Shown here: piece by piece, positions 26,510 through 38,744 of the stretch
How the letters are laid out: every line of letters begins with the position of its first letter
Numbering within the stretch: the first letter of the stretch is position 1
Assembly (NCBI RefSeq): GCF_006345805.1
Contig: NC_042997.1
Span: forward strand, 138,322,001-138,386,000
Source of the DNA: Octopus sinensis
Taxonomy: Eukaryota
Length of the DNA stretch: 64,000 nucleotides
Direction of reading: 5' to 3'
Translations under genes and position numbers: made by a program
Notes under the pieces: model-generated
Databases searched by the model: none
Seen by the model: only the letters and a program-made list of their open reading frames with translations
Told to the model about the DNA's origin: nothing

Positions 26510-29500
26510 ACAACACAACTGTTTGCAGTAAATATTTTGAGAGTGATAGCATACTTGTGAATGACATAGAGTAAATTTCCATTCGATTTGGCTTTTTGAA
26601 AACTGTACTGATAGTCATAAAGGAAGGTGAGGAAGAAATTCAAAGTGATGGAGAAGATTATAGTTAATGTCTTTCTCTGTCACCTTTAAGATTTTGGATG
26701 TGTGTTAAGATAATGAATGACAGGGTCTGAAGAGTTGTTCTTCTTTGGAATGGGATATATTATTGGATGTTTCCAAAAATATCAGGATATATCCTTAAAG
26801 AAAATGAGTTAGAGAGTGAGGAGTGAGAGGGAGAGAGCGATTAAAGATTATGGTAAAGATGGAAGCATTGGGGTGTATTTGTGGGTAGTAGAAGGGTTAT
26901 TACAACCAGTGGCTTTGATTATTTGAAACTAATGGAGGTATTTTTGTACTTGGTGTGCATGATGATTAGCCTAATGTAATGGAAAGGGATAGTTTTGGGG
27001 AAGATTTACTTCATGTGTAGGTGAGAAGTGGATGTAAAGGGGTTTGAGAAAGGGGAAGCTTTCTTAGTGGAAGTACTGCTTGCATAACCTTTAATGTTGA
27101 GAAGATGAAGAAAGAAGGATTTTGAAAAGTTGATAGAGATCCTTTTTGACAAAAGATAAAAAAAAATTGTGAATGGAGTAATACACTCCCCTACCCAACT
27201 TGATGATTAAGGATAGAATAATTAAAAAAAATTATATGGGTACAAACAGTGTAATACACAAACCCATATACACATTAGCTAACACATTGACATACATATG
27301 CACACCTAACACATACACATGCCTGACACATAAACATACACACAAGTACAGATGTAAACACATGCGCAGATAGGGTTACATATACAGAAAGACAAAATGG
27401 AATAGAGAGGACAAGACCAGAGAGGAGTAGAGACATGAGGAACAAAAAGTCACTGGAAAGGTCACAATGTGTGATGAAAGAATTCTGATTATAGAGCTAA
27501 AGTGGAGATGGAATAAATGTGTGTATTTATTGGCAAAAGAGAAAAGAAAATAACCATTCTCAAATATTACAATATCGATTTCAATACACAATTTCACACC
27601 AAGTACCTTGCAAAACAAGTATATAAACATAAAAAAAACCCCAGAAAAAAAAGATTATCTGTAGTTTAAATTTTGGGAAAGCTTGTAGTTTTATTCATAG
27701 TGCAGATAATAGCCTTACATGAGTTGTGATGCTGTAGTGTGTAGAGATAGATGATTTTCTCCATGCAGTGTAGGGCATGTTCTTTGCCTGAACTACTACA
27801 GAGCAGTTATGAGTGAATCACTTGGAGTCACTTGAGGCTATGAATATTGGATTTGAGCATGATGTGCAGGGTTATGTGTAATAAGATAGCTTTAGTCAAC
27901 TACCCAGCTGTTTCTGATGGGTCATGGGTGAAGCACATGTATTACCAGGGATAGCATAGAACTGGCAGTGTTTCCAACCAGTCAACCAATTTGAAGTGTC
28001 ATAGGGGCTGAGAAGTGTGTAGAAATCTGGTGGGTAGTTGCAAAAGCTAGTGGTGAGATGATCTGGTACGTGCAGAAATAGTGTTGGTTTGGTCTTGGTT
28101 AGGTTTGGACATGATTTTAAGTGTGTTTGGAATGTGTGTGTCTATCAGGGATATAAGTAGAGGTAAGATATAGTCAAAGAGTTGCTAGTAGTTGGAATTG
28201 GAAAAGCATCAGAGGTAGAAGCAGTTGTTGTATTTGGATATACGGGAGAGGTAGACTGGAAGTCTTTCTTGCTGATATCCAGATGGTAGAGGTGAGTGGA
28301 TGCTATATATGTGTACACACCACTTTTCTGAGTAAAATTTCTTTGTATACTGTTTAGCTTGGGCAGCAGAGATGGACTGTGGACAAGAGTGGATAGAGTT
28401 GTCTTGGAGAGGAATAGAATGTGGCTTGTGACATATGGGATCTAGGATGCTAGAGTAAAGGAAGGAGAACAGCCCTTTGGGTTTATATATCTAGGTAACT
28501 ACAATGTCTTGGTGTACAGTGATGTTAAAATAACCTTGTACTGGGAACCTGATTTGAATGCTTGCAATGGCGCAAACTCCATGAAAGATAGCCATGGGCC
28601 AGTAGGTACTGTTAAACTGGACAGCATGACCACTGTTGAGAAGGTGTAGTTACTTTATACTGTATACAACAGAAGAGCATTGTAGAAAATGGAGAGTATA
28701 TTTAAGATTAAAAAAGAACTTTGTTATCTTAATTTTGAAAAGTAGAAGTATTAAAAAACCGCATTATTTATGGGATGACCCAATAGTATTTTGCTAGAGA
28801 GCTTGCAACCAGGAACTGATAATAGCAGCATGACACTGTATGGTAAGAGGTTTCAGTGAGTAGCAGAAAGGTAGATATGCAGAACTTGTACATCAAATCA
28901 TTGTTTTGGACTTTATTCACTTGGAGATCAAATAGACATCTACTGACTCTGATATTTTGAACTCTAGCATAAATTTCAGTCTCATAAAACAATCAGTCCC
29001 AAGTTTAACCTTTAAAATGGTTGAGAAATTAGCTTTAAACTAGTACCTATTTTTTTAGTGTGAAGAATCTTCTGCTGTCCTTTGTGTTCACACTTATAAA
29101 GGCAGGTTTCCTACAAAATGCTATAGGAAACAATCCCTGTCTGTTTATGGAAGAATTTTGTGATCAAAATGAAGAGTGAATTTCTTGAGAGTTAGATAAA
29201 ATTTTGTATTTTATTACTGTTTATTTCATCCTGTTAATATATGCCATAAGTAGGCAATTAGCTGACCCCTTTCATGATCAGAGGTTATGCATCAATAAAT
29301 TGATCAGCATATTGCCCTTTTCTCAGAAAATGTGATAACTCAACAGCTAGGTGATACGAGGCAATGAAGAATATATTGTTCTGACAAGAAATACAATAGA
29401 AATTCTTGCCGCATATTTGAATTCTTTTATCCATTCATCCTTTCCATTTCTTGCATTTTAGTATTTCAATACAAAGAAGACGGTTATTTTACAGAAAGAA

Positions 29501-30170
29501 CTACTTTTCTATTTATGAAAAATCTTTAAGTAATAGATTTTCTTGGCATCTAGTCAAATAAAAAATGCTTTTGCTTGTAGATCTTAGCTCAATTTTGGAA
29601 CATATGGAGATGCTTTGTTGAATTTCCATTTCCAAATCTCATGGACATATTATATTAATTCAATATGATTGGCATTGGTACACAGGGATCAATTAATCAA
29701 TGATTTTTAGTCATATCATGCAGGTTACAATAAAGAAAATAGTTAGAATTCTTATAATCAGATCTACCTTTCAGTAAGTAAGCTTGGAAATGGATAATGG
29801 ATGACATTCATGTCATTCTCATGGGTATTATTTGCATAAATGAAACAGTACAAGGAGGATCAACACTAATTTGTAACCTTAATTGATTAGAAACTTAACT
29901 TCTTCTTCATGATGCTTCTCATGGAAATATACACTATTACTTGAAGATTTAAAGTGTTCTATGGTGTAATTGGATATGCAGTTATCCAAAATGAAATTTT
30001 GCGCTGTCAGACCTGTCCATGTGGTTAAGAAATTTCCATTACAATCATGTGGGTCTGCATTTGGTCTCTATCAGGCTTACTAGAACCTTAAAAGTGAAAT
30101 TTGGTAGACAGTAATTGTAAAACTTCATCCACTATATATATACGTATGTGCATGTATATCGGATGAACTT

Positions 30171-30244
<74 letters not shown>

Positions 30245-30246
<2 letters not shown>

Positions 30247-30882
30247 TCATCATCATCATCATTTAGCGTCCGTTTTCCATGCTAGCATGGGTTGGACGGT
30301 TCTACTGGGGTCTGTGAAGCCAGAAGGCTTCATCAGGCCCAGTCAAATCTGGCAGTGTTTCTACGGCTGGATGCCCTTCCTAACGCCAACCACTCCGTGA
30401 GTGTAGTGGGTGCTTTTTACGTGCCACCCGCACTGGTGCCAGACAGAGCTGGCAAACGGCCACGAACGGATGGTGCTTTTTATGTGCCACCGGCACGAGG
30501 GCCAGGCGAGGCTGGCAACGGACACGAAACGGGGCGGTGCTGGCAACGGTCGCGAAACGGAAAGTTCTTACATGCCACCGACACTGGTAACACATCTGCA
30601 ATTTCCATTGATCGATTTCCATTGATCGATTTCGATTCTGATCCTCACTTGCCTCAATGGGTCTTCACAAGCAGAGTTTCGACATGCCACCGGCACTGGT
30701 AGCACATCCGCAATTTCCATTGATCGATTTCGATTCTGATCCTCACTTGCCTCAACACGTCTTCACAAGTAGAGTTTTGTGTCCCAAGAAGGGAAGGTAT
30801 GCATACGTAGGCTGGCTCCATCCCATGTAGAAGGCCACGGGTTGTGGACTCACTTGTCCTGCCGGGTCTTCTCGGCAGGACA
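30245..30882 (-). mobile_element. RTE 3' UTR fragment, near-identical to 58060-58595
   Basis: Reverse complement of the RTE 3' UTR including the (CAT)n tail, with an internal duplication of about 100 bp. Confidence 0.9.
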
Positions 30883-30897
30883 ATTATATATATATAT

Positions 30898-31074
30898 AAT
30901 CATCATCGTTTAGCGTCCGCTTTCCATGCTAGCATGGGTTGGACGGTTCAACTGGAGTCTGGGAAGCCAGAAGGCTGCACCAGGCCCAATTTGATCTGGC
31001 AATGTTTTTACGGCTGGATGCCCTTCCTAACGCCAACCACTCCATGAGTGTAGTGGGTGCTTTTTACGTGCCAC

Positions 31075-31079
<5 letters not shown>
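30898..31079 (-). mobile_element. Second RTE 3' tail in tandem with the previous copy
   Basis: It has the same catcatcgtttagcgtcc...gtgccaccggca tail and is truncated at a (TA)n run. Confidence 0.88.
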
Positions 31080-31119
<40 letters not shown>

Positions 31120-31183
31120 GAATTCTGTACAATCTTCGTTCAACTCCATTTCTTCCATTCACTAATTATATATATATATATAT

Positions 31184-31903
31184 AAAATGGAAGCACCATA
31201 AAATTTCGAACAAATTCATTTTAATATGGGGTAGGACTGACTTTGGCAGTAATTACAGCTTGAATTCTATGAGGTATGGACTTGTACAAAGTTTGAATTG
31301 CTCTAGGGACCAATTCTGTAGGTTTTTACTCCACTCTAAACGCTTTGCAACGTTTGTTTTTGAAAGTAGTGGTTTTCTGATTGCAGCCCTCCCATGAAAT
31401 CTGGCTTTGTGCTGCTCCTGGTGAACAGATTTTGTGGAAACTGGGTTCATGAGGTGGTCATTAAGCTCTGCAATAATTTTGGGAGCTGTACTTTTGTGAT
31501 CCTTTCTAACAATTCATGTAGGAGTCCAACAGTCCCTATCTGAAAGTTTTGGTTTCCTTCTTGAGTTTTGTTTTGATGAGGAGGTTTTTCCCTCTTTCTC
31601 AAAGGCTGTCATTACTTTCGAAACAGTACTTCTTAATACACCAAACATTTTGGTTGTTTTCGTTATGCTAGCACCTGCCATACGAGCACCAACAATTTGA
31701 CCTCTTTGAAAGTCTGATAGATCTGTCATTTTAATTACCTTTTTTTGATGATATCTGGAAAGAAACAGCAATTTTAGCAAAATGTATTAAGCAACACTAA
31801 TAATAAAAAAAAAAAAACAAAAATAAACAAGCTTTTGACAGTTTTATAGATATTTCAGAATTATGATGCTATGATGCTAGGTGTTTCCATTATTTTGTCC
31901 AAC

Positions 31904-31908
<5 letters not shown>
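31184..31908 (-). mobile_element. Internally deleted Tc1-like DNA transposon
   Basis: MTDLSDFQRGQIVGARMAGAS..KPKLSDRD..GRAAIRKPLLSKTNVAKRLEW is the paired/homeo-like DNA-binding region. The TIR CACTGGTTGGACAAAATAATGGAAACACC lies at 31880-31908, with a remnant AAAATGGAAGCACC at 31184-31197. The DDE domain is missing. Confidence 0.88.
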
Positions 31909-31954
<46 letters not shown>

Positions 31955-32116
31955 CATATATACACAGATAGACATCGCTAAAGTGATAGAAGGGCACTAA
32001 GTAGTATCAAAACAACTCAGTAGTCACAGACGTCTATAAATTTGTCTAAGTTGTTAAATTGCTAATAAGCCACCATTATTATTTGTAGCATATTTATAAG
32101 AGAGGGAGATATATAT

Positions 32117-32544
32117 CATGATCATCTAACATCCATTGTCCATGTTGGCATGGGTTGAACAGTTCGATCAGAGCTGGTAAGCTGAAGGGCTGCACCAGCC
32201 TCTAGTCTGATTTGGCAGGGTTTCTGTGGCTGGATGTTCTTCTTAATGTCAACCACTCCAAGAGTGTAATGGGTACTTTTATGTGCTACCAGCATGGGTG
32301 CCATTTGCATGACACCAGTATCTGTCATGACTACGATTTCACTTGGTTTGATGGGTCTTCTTCTCAAACATGGCATATTGCCAACGGTCTCAGTCATTTG
32401 TCATTGTTACTGCAAGGCCCAATGCTTGAAAGGTGCTTTTTATGTGCCACCAGCACAGGTGCTTGTTACACGACCTTGGCATCAGCCACATTGCCTCCAT
32501 GCGGCCCAATGCTCAACAGGTGTTTTTACGTACCAGCAGCACAG

Positions 32545-32545
<1 letters not shown>
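32117..32545 (-). mobile_element. RTE-family 3' UTR fragment
   Basis: Tail plus several gtgcttttatgtgccaccagcac units, ending at (TA)n. Confidence 0.7.
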
Positions 32546-32612
<67 letters not shown>

Positions 32613-32725
32613 GTGATAAATAAAAATATATGCATACATACAAACATATATGTACGTACCTACATCTACATCTATATATACATGCATATATAAATAATTA
32701 TACGTGAGTACAGGACATATATATA

Positions 32726-33080
32726 GGGTTCAGTCCCATTGTGCAGTAAAGTGTCATCAGCTATAGCCCATGGCTAACCAAATTTTTGTAAGTAGATTTT
32801 ATTGACAGAAACTGAAAGTAGCCCTTCACATATGAATATACGTTTCTGTGTGGGTGTGTTTTTGTTTACATTGTGCTCCTTCAAATATCATGCCCTACAA
32901 GTGGTAATGTTGTCATTTCTTTTGGTTTTGCACTTTCAAAAAAATGTATGAAAGAAGAGATCCCTTTCTTGAAAATCAGGTAAGGGTTATCAACAGGAAA
33001 GACATTCAACTGTAAAACAATGCTTCAACAAGATATTCATCTAACCCATGCTAGCAGTGAAAAACAAACAATGAAATGAA
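32726..33080 (+). mobile_element. SINE family A with RTE-type tail (partial head)
   Basis: gggttcagtccc..gaaactgaaagtagccc..aagggttatcaacaggaaagacattc..aacccatgctagc. Further partial family A copies lie at about 30-140(-), 1765-1930, 9465-9640, 10190-10410, 18921-19120, 20420-20550, 20905-21080 and 21915-22030. Confidence 0.7.
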
Positions 33081-33091
33081 TTTAAGTATGT

Positions 33092-33393
33092 GGCACATGG
33101 CTCAGTGGTTAGAGCATCAGGTTCACAATCATGAGGTAATGAATTCAATTCCTGGATTGGGTTCTGTGTTGTGTTCTTGAGAAAGACATTTTATTTCATG
33201 TTGCTCCTGTTCATTCAGCTGTAGAAATGAGTTGTTAGGTCACTGGTGCCAAGTTAGTGGCATGGAGAGGGGAGGCTGGTATTCATGAGTGACTGCTGGT
33301 TTTCTATAAACAAATTTGCCTGGACTTGTACCTTGGAGGAGAACTTTCTAGGTGCAATCCCATGGTCATTCATGACTGAAGGGGTTTTTACCT
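33092..33393 (+). mobile_element. CORE-like SINE family B
   Basis: Colinear with 8418-8740, with a short internal deletion. Confidence 0.85.
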
Positions 33394-33593
33394 CTGTGTG
33401 TGTGTGTATATATATGTGTATGTGTGTATCATCATCATGATCATCATTGTTTAGTGTCTACCTTCCATTATATATATATATGTAAATATATATAAGCAAC
33501 AGAGGCAGTATTAATGCTAAGAAGTAATATTTATTCCTACTTAAATGTGGATGTTCTGTTAGAACACACTATACTGCAGTAGATTCTATGAGA

Positions 33594-33827
33594 AAGCGGC
33601 AAGCTGGCAGAAACATTAGTGCGCCGGACGAAATACTTAGTGGTATTTCATCTGCTGTTACGTTCTGAGTTCAAATTCCGCCAAGGTCAACTTTGCCTTT
33701 CATGCTTTCAGGATCGATAAATTAAGTACCATTTACGCACTGGGGTCGATGTAATCGACTTAATCCCTTTGTGTGTCCTTGTTTGTCCCCTCTATGTTTA
33801 GCCCCTTGTGGGCAATAAAGAAATAAG
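33594..33827 (+). mobile_element. tRNA-derived SINE family C (Deu/Nin-like central domain)
   Basis: gctggcagaa (A box), gagttcaaattcc (B box), then gcctttcat.ctttc.ggatcgataaattaagtacc..gcactggggtcgatgtaatcgact. Related copies lie at 14799-15020(+), 25180-25352(-), 25385-25610(-), 35076-35291(-), 12540-12690(+) and 46510-46660(-). The domain name is from memory. Confidence 0.8.
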
Positions 33828-36619
33828 TAGATACCATGAGAGAAACTCCCATATTGGCTTTTGGTGTAAAATATCCACTTGTTTATATCGCTAGTGGGGA
33901 TTATATATATATTTACTCACACACACACACACACAGATGAGATAGAATCACCCAGACAAGTGTATGATTACATTTTTGTTGCCTCTGCTTCTGACCAAGT
34001 TGATTTTCACTATGGAGTTTATAAAATAAGTAGCAAAGTAGCAGACTGATGCTGATGTAAGCAAGTAAAAAAAAAAAGCACTTGAAGGTAGTGCCCTACT
34101 GCTGTCATGCTTTGATATGTCTGAAACCAGTAAAAGAATATATTTAAATATTTTACTTGAGTAGACATTTTCTATTGAAAGATGTAAATATGATTGTGAC
34201 AATTAGCTTATTTACCTTAAAACACGTTCACATGTTTGCTTAAAAAATGCTGTTCCTTCTTTTTTTTTCTTTTCATTATGTACTAAGTTAAGTAGTGACA
34301 TTCATAACCAAATTACTACTTACTACAGATTATGTTAATTGGTAATCATTAACATTATTATTGTTATGGTAGATAAAAGGAGTTTTTCTTGATTTTTAAA
34401 TTTTGACCATTGTCCTCAATTTTTCAATTTTATTTTTAGGTGTGATCTAGTGGTTAGGGTGTTGCCCTCATGGTAACAAGATCTTGGTTTCAATTCCCAG
34501 ACTAGGTGGTACATTGTGTTTTTGGGCATTTCATTTCATTTCATGTTGCTCCTGTCTACTTAGCTGTAAATGACAGACTGGCATCTTGTTCGAGAATTGT
34601 GATCTTGGTCACTTATACACTATAGAAACCAGGTGACCAACCCTATGACTTGTAGGACTCAAAACAGTAATGTGTAGGGGTTGATGATTCTCATGATGAT
34701 TATCAGTCTAATGTTAGGCTGGAAATACTATCCAGCATCATAGTTTGTCTTCAGAAGGGGTTACTCTGTTGGAAACATTTGGTGCAGACTACTGGTTTCC
34801 TTACAATCAAGGTGTTGAAGGATTTGTTTGGCTGCATCAGTCCGGCCAATCTAGGAAGGCCTGCATATGTCATAGGCACTTCTCTCCTCCTATAAAAAAA
34901 GAAGAAAAAAAAACCCATAAAAGATTTTTTTTTAAAGAAAAACTATCTTTTAGTCTCATAGCATCTCTTTCAATAACTTATTTTTTCTCAAGTCCCTTCT
35001 CCCTTTTTTCCTTGTACTACATATTAGTAATTCCTTATAAATGGTCAAGCTCAACCAGCTGTTCATTCTGTTGATGATAATTCTAATTTTGGCACAAGGC
35101 CAGTAATTTTGAGTGGCGGAGGCAAGGTTATTACATTGACCCCAGTGCTTAACTGGTACTTTAGTTCATTGATCTTGAACGGATGAAGGGCAAAGTTAAC
35201 CTTGGCAGGATTTGAACTCGGGACATAACGAGGCAGAAGAAATGCCACTGAGCGTTTTGTCCAACTCTTTAAAAATTATTCCAGCTTACTGTTGATGATA
35301 ATGACTAAAAATATTCTCTATTTAAAATACTTGTTGATTGTTGCTTACTACTCATAGCTTTTCTTAGATAATTCTTTCATAGCCTTAAATAAAAATTTGG
35401 TATTTTTTCTTCAAGGAAAAGATCCCTGCCTCAAAACATTAAAAGTCACCTTTTCTTACAACACACAAACCTTACAAATTTTATGTAGTTTTTTTTTTTC
35501 TCTTAGCAGACTTATCAATCACTAGTTTTCTAGGATTCTAGGTTTATTACTTCTTTTAGTTTGGCAGTTTTCCCGATTAACCTGTACTAATTGACTGAAT
35601 ATATTAACATATTTTTACAACTTGCATTGAAGTATTTGAATTAAAGATTAATTGGTATAAATTAATTTAAGTTATTTCTTATAAGAGACCTACTGCTTCT
35701 TTCATACAAAGTATTTGATTTCAGTGAGTTAATAAAATGATGAGAGCTTAATTATAAAGTTTTAAGTTTTAGAAATAGTTTTTAGTTTTTGTTATTTAGT
35801 AACTGGTTTCGAATCAAATTTGTAAAATACACTTATTTTATTTGCTAGTGATATAAAGTTAAATGGCTACATGATTTATTTTTTCCTTACTCATTCTCAT
35901 TGCTGTGCTGATAGAGAAAAAAAAAAGTGTAATAAAAGCAATTCTGGAATACAGGATGAGGAAAACAATTGCCAGCTCATGTGAAATATTGATCGGGCTG
36001 CAGAGTCCTACATAATGAATGGATACAAACTGTGGAGGAAGAGGAGGAGGAAATTGACTATAGGGTTAGACTGGGTGGGCCAACTCTAGTTCTCAGGTGA
36101 TTCAAAAGAGAACATTAATTACTATGTTGCAGATGAATTAATGAATAGAAAAAAAAAAACGACAACAAAAACATTCACTTGAATTATTTTCGTATGAAAA
36201 TAACATGATTGATTTCTATCATGACCTTTAGTCTGCCTAACTATAAGATTGTGAAAGTATTAGAATAAAGTTAATACTATACTAGCTTCTACCAACCACC
36301 TGACAACAACTATATAACATTGAGCTTTACTCTCTTGAGGAAGACTCATTCAAATTTTGAAGCTATCACATAGTCTAAGGGAGATATTGGAGTGACAGCA
36401 TTTCAGTTACCAGAGGAGTGACTAACTGGCTTTAATTTTAGATAAACGAGGTTGTCGATGATAACTTTTTGCCAGTTGACAGTGTTGGTTAGTCTTTCAA
36501 TACTGCTTTTTCGGGACTTACTTTAACCAAGGGCAACTCTCTACAAATTTTGCTTGACACTACTTTTGGGGGTGCTCTGGTACCTTGGTGTTGCAGTAAG
36601 TTTTCTGTCACCATTAGTT

Positions 36620-36751
36620 ATGGACAAGCAACAAATATTATGGCCTCCGTCATGGAATAACAATCATCTTGTTGATAATGCTTCAAATAGCACACGTGTG
36701 GATACCCAAGCTGTGGCAGAGCATAATTCTGTTGTTGTTCGCCTTATGAAG
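36620..36751 (+). CDS. Candidate alternative N-terminal NDRG exon (44 aa, MDKQQILWPPSWNNNHLVDNASNSTRVDTQAVAEHNSVVVRLMK)
   Basis: ATG at 36620, 132 nt open, phase-0 donor AAG|GTAATT, in frame with the 47802 exon. GC content is higher than the flanks and the sequence is non-repetitive. There is no homology evidence. Confidence 0.45.
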
Positions 36752-37528
36752 GTAATTAGTCTTTTTGTTTCTTTGCCTAAGCTCTTCTATAGCCTTTTTA
36801 TCAAGCAGCTACTTTTCTTCTATATTTTTTTCTTTCAATTATTGCTTCTAGCAGTGACCAGAAGTTTTGTCTCAAATATATAAGTTTTTAGAGAATATTG
36901 AACTAATTATTGGGAGTAATTTTCTATATGATTATTTAACACAATACTTCTTTTTTAATTATCTTTATTTGTTGTATAAACAATTCAGTTAATAATTTCT
37001 TATTTACTATTTTTTTTACTGTTTTCTTATGTATTCTTAATCAATATTTTCATAATTGTTTCTTGTCTTACAACTTCATGATTATTAACTTCAAAGGGTG
37101 CCTTTTATTTGAAAAATACAACAAAAATATATGATTTGTAAAGTTATTATAATTGTTGTTGTTATTAATAATGTTATTGATGATGATAATGATATTAATA
37201 ATAGTAGTATTTCAGTGCTTGAATTTTCTTCAAGGGCTGTGTGTCCTTGAATTATATATTATTTAAATTTTGCTTTTTGATTTTATTTCATAATATATAA
37301 TTTATAATATATAAGTACCTGTTGATTTGATTTGTTTGAGAGAGGAAGTAGAATTGCTACTGTAATAGTCTGCTGCCATGTTCTGATGAGCAGCTAGTTT
37401 ATCTATGGCATTGAACATAATAATGGGATTAAAATATCAATAATTGGCAGCAGTACAAGTGTCCCTTCTACTATTCAGATTGGATAAAGTCTCGAGTGAG
37501 AGCCAGGAACAGCAACTAGTCTGCACAT

Positions 37529-37540
37529 TACGTGTGCACG
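37529..37540 (+). promoter_or_regulatory. Overlapping HRE-like (TACGTG) and reverse MRE-like (TGCACAC) motifs upstream of a candidate first exon
   Basis: TACGTGTGCACG at 37529-37540, about 80 bp upstream of ATG 37612. This is a motif match only. Confidence 0.25.
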
Positions 37541-37611
37541 AGTCAATACTTCAGTTTTCCACAGTAGCGTTTCGTTATATTCTCTTCAGTCGCCACTTTT
37601 CCTCCAGTGAT

Positions 37612-37668
37612 ATGGCAACTGTCAGTATGGTTCTAGGTACGGTAGATGTCATGAACAGTGAATATAAG
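37612..37668 (+). CDS. Candidate alternative N-terminal NDRG exon (19 aa, MATVSMVLGTVDVMNSEYK)
   Basis: ATG at 37612 in the context gatATGg, with a strong phase-0 donor AAG|GTAAGA. It follows a locally CpG-containing segment (37490-37600) and an acceptor-like cttttcctccAG at 37606-37607. Confidence 0.5.
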
Positions 37669-38186
37669 GTAAGAGAACAGATGCTTTTCACAAGTGTTTG
37701 TAGCCATTTTGTAGCTGAATGATTTTTTTTTACTTTACAAGGCTTCTCATGAAATGATAGACTACAATTAACAGTGAATGCTAAAGCAAAATGAAAATGG
37801 ATGAAATTAACAAAAAAATTACAATTGGTATATTATTAGTATATTAAATGCAGGTTATATTTAGACATTATTATTATTATTACTATATTTTTTTGGTATA
37901 TATTTCAAAGGAATATTGAATTCTATTTCTATTTAAATTTCTTGTTGCTTTTGTTGCTTTCACTCTAAACTTATTCAAAACAAATCTATTTCTGTATGCT
38001 GTATATAATGTAGACAGCGTTGTCTACATAGGAAAGTAACAATCTTCCTCATTATCATATTAGTTGAAATATTGTAGCCTTTTTGTTCACATTATTGATC
38101 TTTTTCTTGCAGTAGCTTTCTACATTATATACTTACTTTACTGGATACTGCTTTAACTATGGAGTAGCAATAAGTATCATGGGATG

Positions 38187-38235
38187 ATGGGCATTACTAC
38201 GTCACTCTTTAAAGCAACTACTTTTAATTGTTTCA
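38187..38235 (+). CDS. Weak candidate upstream exon (MGITTSLFKATTFNCF, phase 1)
   Basis: The ATG has a good Kozak context (atgATGg) and the donor is TCA|GTAAGA. Phase 1 fits the 41464 exon (A+GT CAC ATG). Upstream ATGs are present, and the donor overlaps an acceptor-like tract. Confidence 0.22.
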
Positions 38236-38744
38236 GTAAGATTATTAATTAAACATTGTAAGATATGGGATTCTTTTATTGTAGAAAATTCTAGTATTTT
38301 CCCAGAAACTAGTTTATATTTCTTACAGAAGCATATTTACATCAATTTGTTTTGAGAGTCAACATTTTTTTTTTTTTTGAATTTATGATACATAGCCATA
38401 ATCTTAATGGCATTTTAAATTTCTATGTTAAATTAATTGTCAAAGCTTCCCAGTAGTTATAATTTTTATAATGCAAATGGTGCCGGCTAGAGAAAAACGT
38501 ATCTCTTTTCAGATGTGAATAAATTTAAGTAAATGACCTTGAAAATAGAATGTGCTTGTATTTGGTCAAGCAGCTTTTCCCCCTTAAAGGTTAATTGTCA
38601 AAATATGTATATTTTATTTGTGAATTTAACCACTACAAAAAGAAAAAAAAAAATGCGATGATGTCATTTCCTAAAGTAAGATCGTATCCTAAATGTTTAG
38701 CTATAAATTGTCCAATATTTATTCTCATTTATATAAATGTGTAT

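Larger units (their letters stand above)
25630..28480 (-). mobile_element. Heavily decayed CR1/Jockey-group LINE ORF2 (APE endonuclease and RT), interrupted by the hammerhead element
   Basis: Minus-strand fragments across frameshifts include HILFLSKTTLS and CFYL..NSNY.QLFDYI (APE-like), KATGCNNPST, WKHPIIYPIPKKNNSSDP, YQYSFQKAKSNGNLL and SFVVL.NINKAF (RT motifs). There are many stops. Confidence 0.7.

Noticed and set aside
26520-28480. Initially read as a Penelope RT/GIY-YIG relic adjoining the hammerhead element
   Set aside because: Better frames give ordered CR1-type APE and RT motifs that continue on the other side of the insert, so the hammerhead element is an insertion into an unrelated LINE.
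28495-28643. Exon-like open frame on + (…MKDSHGPVGTVKLDSMTTVEK, phase 0)
   Set aside because: The donor is weak (AAG|GTGTAG), there is no homology, and it directly adjoins the 5' side of the decayed LINE, so it may be element sequence.
29200-30030. Protein-like, stop-riddled frames (e.g. LLLHDASHGNIHY, vaguely MULE-like)
   Set aside because: The similarity is too weak to assign without a database search.
37560-37596. Minus-strand CTGAAGA-GAATATAAC-GAAA-CGC resembling a hammerhead core
   Set aside because: Stem II has only one base pair, there is no valid stem III/UH arrangement, and stem I does not pair.
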